A stretch of 64,000 nucleotides of DNA from Erythrobacter sp. (lineage in GTDB: Bacteria > Pseudomonadota > Alphaproteobacteria > Sphingomonadales > Sphingomonadaceae). Of this stretch, positions 28,234 through 39,299 are shown one piece after another; position 1 is the first letter of the stretch; each line of letters opens with the position of its first letter. The position numbers and the translations under genes are program-made. Under the pieces are notes generated by a model. It searched no databases. It was not told the DNA's origin and saw only the letters and a program-made list of their open reading frames with translations. Where the stretch lies: positions 10,250 through 74,249 of the forward strand of contig JBKBOH010000007.1 of NCBI GenBank assembly GCA_046294975.1, written 5' to 3'.

Positions 28234-28742
28234 TTGCACCTTTGGCCCGAAGGGCTTTCGTCAGGGCATGCCGCCATCCTGTTCGGCTTGGCGCTGTTCC
28301 GGCGGCGCGGGCGCAGGACGGCGCGGGAGACGGCACCGCGCGCTCCAAGGTCAAGCCGGTGCGGCTGATATCCTTTGATGGCCAGCGCGAATTGCTCAAG
28401 ACTTCGTCACGCCTGCAGGTGTGGCGCGACGAGGTGGGTTACACGCTCGAAGTCGATGCTGCCGGCACCCCGACCGGGTGCAAGTTGACCGAAGCGTTCC
28501 GTATGGCCTACGTCAACGACAAGCTGTGCGAGGTGCTGCTCAAGCACCACACCTTTGAACCGGCGGTCGATAGCGCGGGCACGGCGATTATGGGCAGCTA
28601 TGAAGGGCGGCTCAACTATCTCGAATTGCGCGAGAAGGATCGAACCTTCGCGCCTCGCACGCGCTGCTTGGGCGATAATCCTTTGACTTTTGCAGACCAA
28701 GCGCCCACATGGTGCCTATCGAAGCGCGCTAGCCATGCGTGA
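28234..28742 (+). pseudogene. Frameshifted secreted protein with TonB C-terminal-like domain
   Basis: GGAGA SD and TTG at 28234; one inserted nt near 28294 would give the signal peptide AAILFGLALVPAARA-QD; second frame has YTLEVDAAGTPTGC...FEPA.D..G; CGA at 28641 looks like a lost TGA. Confidence 0.5.
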
Positions 28743-28891
28743 AGCGGCGGTATTCTGACATCATCCGCCCCGGCCGCGCCTCGGTTTTTCCCAAGGACTT
28801 CCCCTTTCACGCGGGCGGTTTGAACCCCCGCGCTGCGCCCGCAGTCCGTTTGCGACTGGCAGAAGCGCGCCGCACACAATGCGAGTAACAC

Positions 28892-30379
28892 ATGACCACA
28901 TTTGCTGATCTCGGGCTGTCGCAGCCCGTGCTCCAGGCCCTCGACATGAAGGGCTATCACCAACCCACGCCGATTCAGGCGCAGGCCATTCCGCCTGTGC
29001 TCAAGGGCCGCGACCTGCTCGGCATCGCGCAGACCGGCACCGGCAAGACCGCCGCTTTCATGCTTCCCGGCATTGATCGCCTGCGCGAGGCCGACAGGCC
29101 AATCCCGTTCAAGTCCTGCCGGATGCTGGTGCTTGCCCCCACCCGCGAACTGGCGGTGCAGATTGCCGAGAGCGCCAAGGATTACGGCGCGTTTGCCGGG
29201 CTGAAGGTGCAGTGCATCGTCGGCGGCACCTCGGTGGGCAAGGATCGCAACAAGCTGCATCGCGGCACCGATATTCTTGTCGCCACGCCTGGCCGCCTGC
29301 TCGATCTGGTCGACCAGAAGGCCTTCAGTCTTTCCGGCATCGAGATCCTCGTGCTCGACGAGGCCGATCAGATGCTCGACCTCGGCTTCATCCACGCGCT
29401 GCGAAAGATCCGCGAGCTTGCCCCCAGGGATCGCCAGACGCTGTTCTTTTCCGCCACCATGCCACGCGCGATCAAGGAACTGGTGGGCGGCTATTGCAAC
29501 GATCCCGTGCAGGTCTCTGTCACGCCGGAAAGCACCACGGCCGAACGGATCGACCAGTACCTGTTGATGGTGCAGCAGGACGAAAAGCTGAGCTTGCTGG
29601 AAATGATCCTCAAGGGCCGCCATCAGGTGCCCGGCAGCATCGAACGGGTGCTGATCTTCACCCGTACCAAGCACGGCGCAGACCGCGTGGTGAAGCGCCT
29701 CGGCGCGGCGGGGATCGAGAGCAATGCGATCCACGGCAACAAGTCGCAGCCCCAGCGCCAGCGTGCACTGGACGAGTTCCGCAAGGCCCGCGTGCCGGTG
29801 CTGATCGCCACCGATGTCGCTGCGCGCGGGATTGACATTCCGGGCGTCAGCCACGTGATCAATTACGAATTGCCCAACGTGCCCGAGCAATATGTCCACC
29901 GCATCGGCCGCACCGCGCGGGCGGGCAGGAGCGGGATCGCGATTGCCTTTTGTGCCGAGGACGAGCGCGCCTATCTCAAGGACATCTGCAAGGTGACCGG
30001 CGCGGAGCTGGAGCGTCTGCCGCTGCCGGACAATTTCCGTGCCGTGGTGGAAGGCCAAGGCCCGACCAAGCCGGCGCCGCGCCAGCCGATGAAGCGGGTG
30101 CAGCCGCGCCCCATCGGCCAGCATGGACCGGCTAAGGGCAAGCGCCGTGCGGCCGGCGAATGTCGTGCGCAGCAGGGCGAACAGCGCCGCGGTGATGGCG
30201 ATCGTCGTCCGCAGGGCAAGCCCGGCGGCGGCGGTCGTCCGGCGGGCGAGGGCCAGCGTGCCAACCCCGGTGGCCAGAACCGCGGCGGTCGCGGCAGGCG
30301 TGGTCGCTCGAGCGGGGGGGGCGTCCGCGCGCGGCGCAGGGCTGATCCCTTGCCGCAGGGGCCATGCCCCGGCATCTGA
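28892..30379 (+). CDS. rhlE: DEAD-box RNA helicase (RhlE-like)
   Basis: Q motif PTPIQ, AQTGTGKT, PTRELA, DEAD, SAT, ARGID, HRIGRTAR; Gly/Arg-rich tail. Confidence 0.9.
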   Translation: MTTFADLGLSQPVLQALDMKGYHQPTPIQAQAIPPVLKGRDLLGIAQTGTGKTAAFMLPGIDRLREADRPIPFKSCRMLVLAPTRELAVQIAESAKDYGAFAGLKVQCIVGGTSVGKDRNKLHRGTDILVATPGRLLDLVDQKAFSLSGIEILVLDEADQMLDLGFIHALRKIRELAPRDRQTLFFSATMPRAIKELVGGYCNDPVQVSVTPESTTAERIDQYLLMVQQDEKLSLLEMILKGRHQVPGSIERVLIFTRTKHGADRVVKRLGAAGIESNAIHGNKSQPQRQRALDEFRKARVPVLIATDVAARGIDIPGVSHVINYELPNVPEQYVHRIGRTARAGRSGIAIAFCAEDERAYLKDICKVTGAELERLPLPDNFRAVVEGQGPTKPAPRQPMKRVQPRPIGQHGPAKGKRRAAGECRAQQGEQRRGDGDRRPQGKPGGGGRPAGEGQRANPGGQNRGGRGRRGRSSGGGVRARRRADPLPQGPCPGI

Positions 30380-30463
30380 ATACAGGCTGCGCGCGCGTCG
30401 GTGGTTGCCGCCACTGGCGCGCCCCGCCATATGCGCTTGCGGCAGCACGGGAGCAGCAGGCAC

Positions 30464-31816
30464 ATGGCCGACGCATACGATTTTGATCTCTTCACCATCG
30501 GCGCAGGTTCGGGCGGCGTGCGCGCCAGCCGGGTTGCTGCCGCGCACGGCGCGCGCGTGGCCGTGGCGGAGGAATACCGCGTGGGCGGCACCTGCGTGAT
30601 CCGCGGCTGTGTGCCCAAGAAGATGCTGGTCTATGGCGCGCACTTCGCCGAGGATCTGGTTGATGCGCGAAATTTCGGCTGGACCATTGAAGGCCAGCGC
30701 TTCGATTGGGTCGCCTTGCGCGATCACGTGCAAAAGGATGTCACCCGGCTCGAAGGGCTTTATGGCCAGACGCTGAGCAATCACAACGTGACGCTCTTCA
30801 ACGAGCGTGCCACCATCACCGGCTCGCACGAAATCACCCTCGCCAGCGGCAAGGTTGTCACCGCCGGGCACATCCTGATTGCCACCGGCGCGCGCCCGCT
30901 GATCCCCGATTTTCCGGGCAATGAACACGTTATCACCTCGAACGAGGCGTTCCACCTCGATGCGCTCCCGCGCCGCATCTTGATTGCCGGCGGGGGCTAT
31001 ATCGCCAATGAATTTGCCAGCATCTTCAACGAATTCGGCAGTAAGGTGACAATCGCCAACCGCTCCGACACGATCCTGCGCGGCTATGATGAAAGCCTGC
31101 GTGACCGGCTGCTCCAGATCTCGATGGTCAAGGGCATCGAGTTCCTGTTCATGGCCGAGTTCGAGCGCATCGTGAAGCAGGACAACGGCACGATGCTGGT
31201 CAAGCTCACCGGGCAGGAGCCGCGCGAGTTCGACGCCGTGATGGTCGCCACCGGCCGCGTGCCCAACAGCGAGGGACTGGGGCTGGAGACCATCGGGGTC
31301 GAGGTCGGCCAGCGCGGCGAGATCCTGGTCGATGCCTTCAGCCGCACCACTGTGCCCCATGTCTATGCCGTGGGCGATGTCACCGACCGGGTGCAGCTCA
31401 CCCCGGTGGCGATCCGCGAAGGCCAGGCCTTTGCCGATAGCGTGTTCGGCCCCGGAGAGCCTTATGCGGTCGATCATTCCTGCGTGCCATCGGCCGTCTT
31501 CAGCCACCCGCCGATCGCGGCTGTCGGCATGACCGAAGGCGAAGCGCGCAACCGGCTCGGCAGCATCAAGGTCTATCAGGCCGATTTCCGCCCGATGAAG
31601 AACGTGGTTGCGGGCCGCAATGAGCGCAGCCTTTACAAAATGATCGTTGATGCCGCGAACGACCGCATCGTGGGGCTGCACATGATCGGCCCTGAAGCGC
31701 CCGAGATCATGCAGGCGGCCGCGATTGCGGTGAAGGCGGGGCTGACCAAGGCGGATTTCGACGCGACCATCGCCATCCACCCGACCATGGCCGAAGAGCT
31801 GGTGCTGTTCAAATAG
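30464..31816 (+). CDS. gor: Glutathione-disulfide reductase
   Basis: GGTCVIRGCVPKK redox disulfide, LTPVAIREG, HPT..EE. Confidence 0.95.
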   Translation: MADAYDFDLFTIGAGSGGVRASRVAAAHGARVAVAEEYRVGGTCVIRGCVPKKMLVYGAHFAEDLVDARNFGWTIEGQRFDWVALRDHVQKDVTRLEGLYGQTLSNHNVTLFNERATITGSHEITLASGKVVTAGHILIATGARPLIPDFPGNEHVITSNEAFHLDALPRRILIAGGGYIANEFASIFNEFGSKVTIANRSDTILRGYDESLRDRLLQISMVKGIEFLFMAEFERIVKQDNGTMLVKLTGQEPREFDAVMVATGRVPNSEGLGLETIGVEVGQRGEILVDAFSRTTVPHVYAVGDVTDRVQLTPVAIREGQAFADSVFGPGEPYAVDHSCVPSAVFSHPPIAAVGMTEGEARNRLGSIKVYQADFRPMKNVVAGRNERSLYKMIVDAANDRIVGLHMIGPEAPEIMQAAAIAVKAGLTKADFDATIAIHPTMAEELVLFK

Positions 31817-32927
31817 GCCCGCGCGGGCCGTGCCGCGCCGGGCTGAAATCCCCGGCGCAAAGCCCTGCTGCCGCGGCATCTTCGGGGAAGGTCAGGCCCA
31901 GCACGGCGGCGGCGGCGATGCGCGAAAGGGCAGGGGCGGTCTGGAACCCGGCGCCGCCTTGCCCGGCACACCACACGAACCCCGGCGCATCTGTCGCATG
32001 GCCCACCACCGGCAGCTCGTCGGGCGCAAAGCTTCTCAGGCCTGCCCAGCTGTGGCTGATGTGGCGGATGGTGAGGGTGGTGGTTTGGTGTACCCGATCA
32101 GCAGCGATGGCGATGTCAAGCTCTTCCGGTGCGGCATCGCATGGCTCGCTTGGGGTCTGGTCCATGCTGGAGGCGAGGATCTGCCCGCGCCCTTCCGGCA
32201 GCACGTAGCAGCCTTCGCCAACGGTCTTGGTGAAGGGCCAGCCGCGCACGTCCGCGCCTTCGGGGGCGGAGAAAGAGATCACCGTGCGGCGGCGCGGCGC
32301 GATGCCGATCGGGGCAACGCCCGCCATGCGCGCCACCGCATCGGCCCATGCGCCCGCCGCGTTGACGAGGATGGGGGCGAACCATTCGCCCGCAGCGCTT
32401 TCCACCCGCCAGCCAGCGCCGCTACGCGTGATCGCGCTGACCTGCGCGCCCGTCACCAGCTGGCCATGATGCGCGCGCAGGATGGCGATGCAGGCTTGCA
32501 GCATCGCGTGGGTATCAAGCTTGAGCGATCCATGATCAACCAGCGCCGCCGCGCAGGCTTCGGGGCGCAGCACCGGCATCAGCGCGCGCGCTTCCTGCGG
32601 CCCAATCCGCGCGTAATCGCAGCCATTGTGCCGGTGCACCGCCTCCAGTTCATCGAGCGCGGCAATCTGGTCTTCGCGCGCAATATGCAGCGCCGGATGC
32701 AGCGTGCCATGCTGGGCCAGCTCGCCCATGCTCAGCGCCGTGAGCGTCCGCACCGGCACATTGCCGAGGCCGTAATGGGCAAAGGCCACGCTGCGCCCCG
32801 AGGCGTGGTAGCCCGGCGCGCTCTCGCCCTCCAGCACCATCACCTGCACGTATGGTGCCAGCCGCGCGGCCAGGCTCAGCCCCGCAATTCCTCCGCCCAC
32901 CACCAGCACATCCGCCGTCTGCATCAT
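31809..32927 (-). CDS. FAD-dependent oxidoreductase (DadA / D-arginine dehydrogenase-like)
   Basis: VVGGGIAG, HASGRS, VNAAGAWAD, WAGLRSF.PD, GQGG.G.QT.PA. Confidence 0.85.
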   Translation of the reverse strand: MMQTADVLVVGGGIAGLSLAARLAPYVQVMVLEGESAPGYHASGRSVAFAHYGLGNVPVRTLTALSMGELAQHGTLHPALHIAREDQIAALDELEAVHRHNGCDYARIGPQEARALMPVLRPEACAAALVDHGSLKLDTHAMLQACIAILRAHHGQLVTGAQVSAITRSGAGWRVESAAGEWFAPILVNAAGAWADAVARMAGVAPIGIAPRRRTVISFSAPEGADVRGWPFTKTVGEGCYVLPEGRGQILASSMDQTPSEPCDAAPEELDIAIAADRVHQTTTLTIRHISHSWAGLRSFAPDELPVVGHATDAPGFVWCAGQGGAGFQTAPALSRIAAAAVLGLTFPEDAAAAGLCAGDFSPARHGPRGPI

Positions 32928-33015
32928 CGCGACTCCCGCACTTTTGTCACGTTGACGCTCCGCACGCGCTAAGGCAACGCGTGTGACCAAGAGAGCCACA
33001 GGAGAGGAACCCCTC

Positions 33016-34548
33016 GTGTCCGCCAATATCGCCGAAATGGAACGCCGCCGCGAAGCTGCCCGGATGGGCGGCGGAGCCAAGCGCATCGCAGCCCAGCACG
33101 CCAAGGGCAAGCTGACCGCGCGCGAGCGGCTCGATGTGCTGCTCGACGAAGGCAGCTTCGAGGAAATCGACACCTATGTCGAGCATGACTGCATGGATTT
33201 CGGCATGGAGACCCAGCGCATCCCGGGTGACGGGGTGGTGACGGGCAGCGGCACGATCAATGGCCGGCTGGTCTATGTCTTCTCGCAGGACTTCACCGTG
33301 TTCGGCGGCTCGCTGTCGAAGCGCCATGCCGAGAAGATCTGCAAGGTGATGGACACCGCGATGAAGGTCGGCGCGCCGGTGATCGGCCTCAATGATTCGG
33401 GCGGGGCGCGCATTCAGGAAGGCGTGGCGAGCCTCGGCGGCTATGCCGAGGTGTTCCAGCGCAACGTGCTCGCATCGGGCGTGGTGCCGCAGATCAGCCT
33501 CATCATGGGGCCGTGTGCGGGCGGGGCGGTCTATTCGCCGGCGATGACCGACTTCATCTTCATGGTGAAGGATAGCTCCTACATGTTCGTCACCGGCCCG
33601 GACGTGGTGAAAACCGTGACCAACGAGGTGGTGACGCAGGAAGAACTGGGCGGCGCGATCACCCACACCACCAAGACCAGCGTGGCAGACTTGGCCTATG
33701 AAAACGATGTCGAGGCGCTGCTGGCGACCCGCCGCTTCTTCGACTTCCTGCCGCTGTCGAACCGCGACGAGGCCCCCGTGCTGCCCACCAGCGATGCGTG
33801 GGACCGTCTGGAGATGAGCCTCGACACGCTGATCCCCGACAATGCCAACCAGCCCTATGACATGCACGAGTGTGTAACCAAGGTGCTGGACGAGAACGAT
33901 TTCTTCGAGATTCAGCCGGCCCACGCCGCCAACATCATCTGCGGCTTCGGCCGGGTCGAGGGCCGCACCGTGGGCGTGGTGGCGAACCAGCCGATGGTGC
34001 TCGCCGGTGTGCTCGACATCAATTCTTCCAAGAAGGCCGCGCGCTTCGTGCGCTTCTGCGATGCCTTTGGAATCCCGATCATCACCTTCGTCGATGTCCC
34101 CGGCTTCCTCCCCGGCACGGCGCAGGAGCTGGGCGGGATCATCAAGCACGGCGCGAAACTGCTCTTCGCCTATGCCGAGGCGACCGTGCCCAAGATCACC
34201 GTCATCACCCGCAAGGCCTATGGCGGGGCCTATGACGTGATGGCGAGCAAGCACCTGCGCGGCGATTTGAACTACGCCTGGCCCACGGCGGAAATCGCGG
34301 TGATGGGCGCCAAGGGCGCGGTGGAGATCATCTTCCGTCAGGAAAAGGACGACCCCGCCAAGATCGCGACACGCACCAAGGAATACGAAGAGCGCTTCGC
34401 CAATCCGTTCGTCGCCGCCTCGCGCGGCTATATTGACGAGGTGATCCACCCGCACTCGACCCGCAAGCGCATCGCGCTGGGGCTAAGAAAGCTGCGGACG
34501 AAGAGCCTCGAGAACCCGTGGAAGAAGCATGACAATATTCCGCTGTGA
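33016..34548 (+). CDS. pccB: Propionyl-CoA carboxylase beta subunit
   Basis: [36 protein letters not shown]-terminal KKHDNIPL. Confidence 0.94.
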   Translation: MSANIAEMERRREAARMGGGAKRIAAQHAKGKLTARERLDVLLDEGSFEEIDTYVEHDCMDFGMETQRIPGDGVVTGSGTINGRLVYVFSQDFTVFGGSLSKRHAEKICKVMDTAMKVGAPVIGLNDSGGARIQEGVASLGGYAEVFQRNVLASGVVPQISLIMGPCAGGAVYSPAMTDFIFMVKDSSYMFVTGPDVVKTVTNEVVTQEELGGAITHTTKTSVADLAYENDVEALLATRRFFDFLPLSNRDEAPVLPTSDAWDRLEMSLDTLIPDNANQPYDMHECVTKVLDENDFFEIQPAHAANIICGFGRVEGRTVGVVANQPMVLAGVLDINSSKKAARFVRFCDAFGIPIITFVDVPGFLPGTAQELGGIIKHGAKLLFAYAEATVPKITVITRKAYGGAYDVMASKHLRGDLNYAWPTAEIAVMGAKGAVEIIFRQEKDDPAKIATRTKEYEERFANPFVAASRGYIDEVIHPHSTRKRIALGLRKLRTKSLENPWKKHDNIPL

Positions 34549-34555
34549 GGGCCTC

Positions 34556-34641
34556 CGTCATTGCGAGCGTAGCGAAGCAATCCAGAGCGGCACGCGAGAC
34601 GCTCTGGATTGCCGCGTCGCCTGTGGCTCCTCGCAATGACG
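34556..34641. repeat. CGTC-tagged REP-like palindrome, left copy
   Basis: CGTCATTGCGAG...CTCGCAATGACG terminal IR with inner GCAATCCAGAGCG/CGCTCTGGATTGC IR. Confidence 0.85.
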
Positions 34642-34929
34642 AAGCTGCCTTGCGTCTACATCATGGCCAGCAAGCGAAATGGGACGCAATATGCGGGCGT
34701 GACCTCCGACCTCGCCGGTCGCGCATGGCAGCATCGTGAAGGCGTCGCCGAGGGGTTTACCAAGCGATACGGATGCACGCTGTTGGTCTGGTTCGAACAG
34801 CACGACTCGATGGAGAGCGCGATCATGCGGGAAAAGCAGATCAAGGCCGGCAACCGCAAGGCGAAGCTGGCATTGATCGAGGCTGGTGATCCGCAATGGC
34901 GCGACCGGTTCGAGGACGTTGCGCATTGA
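34636..34929 (+). CDS. Small stand-alone GIY-YIG nuclease (Ssn-like)
   Basis: VYIMASKRNGTQYAGVTSDL..R.WQH.EG...FTKRY...LVWFE......AI.REKQIK; 97 aa. Confidence 0.85.
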   Translation: MTKLPCVYIMASKRNGTQYAGVTSDLAGRAWQHREGVAEGFTKRYGCTLLVWFEQHDSMESAIMREKQIKAGNRKAKLALIEAGDPQWRDRFEDVAH

Positions 34930-34938
34930 CACTGCAAC

Positions 34939-34993
34939 CGTCATTGCGAGCAACTCTGGATTGCTGCGGCGACTGCGTCGCCGCGCAATGACG
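34939..34993. repeat. CGTC-tagged REP-like palindrome, right copy (internally deleted)
   Basis: CGTCATTGCG...CGCAATGACG; keeps CTCTGGATTGC but lacks its partner arm. Confidence 0.8.
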
Positions 34994-35010
34994 AATGAGA
35001 GAGGAATGGA

Positions 35011-35463
35011 ATGAAACTCGGCCGCTTGAACCACATCGGGGTCGCTACGCCCTCCATCGCGGACTCGATCGCGTTCTACCGCGACGTGATGGGCGCGACG
35101 AAAATCCACACGCCGTTCGATCTCGAGGAGCAGGGCGTGAAGGTCTGCTTCGTCGACACCCCCGGTGCGGACGGGGCGATGAACGGCACGCAGATCGAAC
35201 TGATCGAGCCGCTGGGGGAAAACTCCACGCTTGCAGGCTTCCTCGCCAAGAACCCGCTCGGCGGGCAGCATCACCTGTGCTTCGAGGTCCCCGACATCGC
35301 CGAGGCGCGCTCCGAATTCGAGGCGCTGGGCAAGCGCATCCTCGGCCCCACCCGCATCGGCGCGCACGGCACCCCTATCTTTTTCGTCCATCCCAAGGAC
35401 ATGGGCGGCATGCTTACCGAGATCATGGAGACCCCGCGCGAAGGCGCGCACTGGTCGAACTGA
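35011..35463 (+). CDS. mce: Methylmalonyl-CoA epimerase
   Basis: LNHIGVA, IELIEP, HHLCFEV, GAHG.P..F.HPKD; context. Confidence 0.93.
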   Translation: MKLGRLNHIGVATPSIADSIAFYRDVMGATKIHTPFDLEEQGVKVCFVDTPGADGAMNGTQIELIEPLGENSTLAGFLAKNPLGGQHHLCFEVPDIAEARSEFEALGKRILGPTRIGAHGTPIFFVHPKDMGGMLTEIMETPREGAHWSN

Positions 35464-35485
35464 CCCACCCCGTTCGGAGAGAGAA

Positions 35486-36271
35486 ATGTCCTACGAAACC
35501 ATCCGCGTCGATCGTGACGGCCCGCTGCTCACCATCACCCTCAACCGCCCCGAGCGTTTGAACGCCATGCCGCCGCAGATGGCGGATGAGATCGGGCAGG
35601 CATTCTACGACCTGGGCGATGCGCGCGCGGTGCTGATCACCGGCGAGGGCAAGGGTTTCTGCTCAGGCGCGGACCTTGCGGCGCGCGGCTCCGGCTCGGC
35701 GCTGGGCGGCAAGGGCGGCAGCCACGAAGCGCTGGTGGGCCACTACAACCCCGCGATCAGCCAGATTATCCGCGCGAATGTGCCGGTGATCTGTGCGGTC
35801 AACGGCCCGGCGGCAGGCGTGGGGTGCTCCCTCGCGCTGGCGGCGGACTTCACCATCGCCGCCAAGAGCGCCTATTTCCTGCAGGCCTTCGTCAATATCG
35901 GCCTCGTGCCCGATGGCGGCTCGACCTGGCTGCTCATCCGCGCCATCGGCCGTGCGCGTGCCACGCGGATGATGATGCTGGGCGAGAAAATCTCGGGCGA
36001 ACAGGCCGAGGAATGGGGCCTCATCTACAAATGCGTCGAGGATGCCGAGCTGATGAGCGAGGCCCGCGCTCTGGCCGAGAAGCTGGCCAATGGCCCGACG
36101 GTTGCCTACGCCCAGATGAAGCGCAACATCGCCACCGCGCTCGACCAGAACCTGCAAATGGTGCTGCTCGCCGAGGCCGAGGCCCAGCGCATCGCCGGCG
36201 CCACCAAGGACGCGATGGAGGGTGGGATGGCCTTTCTCCAGAAGCGCAAGGCGCAATTCAAGGGGGAATAA
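35486..36271 (+). CDS. Enoyl-CoA hydratase/isomerase (PaaG-like)
   Basis: FCSGADL, VNGPAAGVG, AFVNIGLVPDGG. Confidence 0.88.
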   Translation: MSYETIRVDRDGPLLTITLNRPERLNAMPPQMADEIGQAFYDLGDARAVLITGEGKGFCSGADLAARGSGSALGGKGGSHEALVGHYNPAISQIIRANVPVICAVNGPAAGVGCSLALAADFTIAAKSAYFLQAFVNIGLVPDGGSTWLLIRAIGRARATRMMMLGEKISGEQAEEWGLIYKCVEDAELMSEARALAEKLANGPTVAYAQMKRNIATALDQNLQMVLLAEAEAQRIAGATKDAMEGGMAFLQKRKAQFKGE

Positions 36272-36282
36272 GCCCCCCTTGC

Positions 36283-36378
36283 CCGCTTGCCCAGAGCTTG
36301 TCGAAGGCCCGTTTTGCTTGTCTGTGCGTTGCGAGAAAAAGAAGAAGGACGGGGCTTCGACAGGCTCAGCCCGAACGG
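36283..36378. repeat. REP-like imperfect palindrome (CCGTTCG..GAGC.TGTCGAAG family)
   Basis: Left arm CCGCTTGCCCAGAGCTTGTCGAAGGCCCGT; right arm GACGGGGCTTCGACAGGCTCAGCCCGAACGG. Confidence 0.75.
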
Positions 36379-36391
36379 ATGTGATTGAGAC

Positions 36392-38533
<2,142 letters not shown>

Positions 38534-38560
38534 GGGGCTGGACGAGGCAGCGGAGTAGCC

Positions 38561-38794
38561 ATGCCGACGGTGATGCGGATCGGTGCGTTTCGGTTCTACT
38601 TCTACAGCCACGAACCGAACGAGCCGCCGCATATCCACATCGACCGGGACGAGGCGACGATCAAGGTCTGGCTCGGCAGCCTCGAAGTCGCGCGGAGCCG
38701 GGGCTTTCGCGCGCACGAGATCAATGGCATTGTGGCGATGGTCGCCGAACATCAGGCGGCGCTGACGGAGGCATGGCATGAATATTTCGGCTAA
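38561..38794 (+). CDS. DUF4160 protein (putative toxin)
   Basis: MPTV.R...FRFYFYS.E..EPPHIH; overlaps the DUF2442 gene. Confidence 0.8.
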   Translation: MPTVMRIGAFRFYFYSHEPNEPPHIHIDRDEATIKVWLGSLEVARSRGFRAHEINGIVAMVAEHQAALTEAWHEYFG

Positions 38795-39038
38795 TGTGAC
38801 CGACGAGCGCGTGCTCGACGTGCGCTTCGATGACGCCAGCCTGATCGTCGATCTGATGGACGGGCGGACGATCGCGGTGCCGCTCGCATGGTATCCGCGC
38901 CTTTTGCACGCGACGCCGGAGCAGCGCGCGCAGTGGGAAAAGGCCGGTGCGGGCTATGGTATCCATTGGCCCGAGATCGACGAAGACCTCAGCACCGAAG
39001 GGCTGCTGCGGGGGGCGCCTGCGCCAAAGGCGGCCTAG
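38778..39038 (+). CDS. DUF2442 protein (putative antitoxin)
   Basis: L.DGR.I.VPLAWYPRL..AT..QR, GIHWP.IDEDLS..GLL.G. Confidence 0.85.
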   Translation: MNISANVTDERVLDVRFDDASLIVDLMDGRTIAVPLAWYPRLLHATPEQRAQWEKAGAGYGIHWPEIDEDLSTEGLLRGAPAPKAA

Positions 39039-39047
39039 GATAAAAAA

Positions 39048-39299
39048 TTGATTTTTCTGCGTTTGTTTGGGAATGGTCTGCTCGTCCTCGCTGGAACCGC
39101 GTGTTGGCTCGCCGCCTTCAACTTGCCGCTGTTGATGTCTTACCAGCTTGGCTTTTGTGAAAGCGCCGCAGAACTATCGAGGCCGAACCTCGATTGCCCA
39201 GAACCCCTTTGGTATTTGATCGGTAACGTAAGCGTTCCTTTGTTTCTGGCGGTTGCCGGAGTTTGGCAAGGTCGCAGAATTGTGAAAGAGCAAAGTTAA
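39048..39299 (+). CDS. Small two-helix membrane protein, lower GC, unknown function
   Basis: Fills the gap exactly and its stop abuts the bioB start; two hydrophobic segments with a Cys pair in the loop. Confidence 0.45.
   Translation: MIFLRLFGNGLLVLAGTACWLAAFNLPLLMSYQLGFCESAAELSRPNLDCPEPLWYLIGNVSVPLFLAVAGVWQGRRIVKEQS

Noticed and set aside
34556-34993. Repeat-spacer-repeat layout as a mini-CRISPR or IS
   Set aside because: Only two long palindromic copies around an ORF; no cas gene, transposase or target-site duplication
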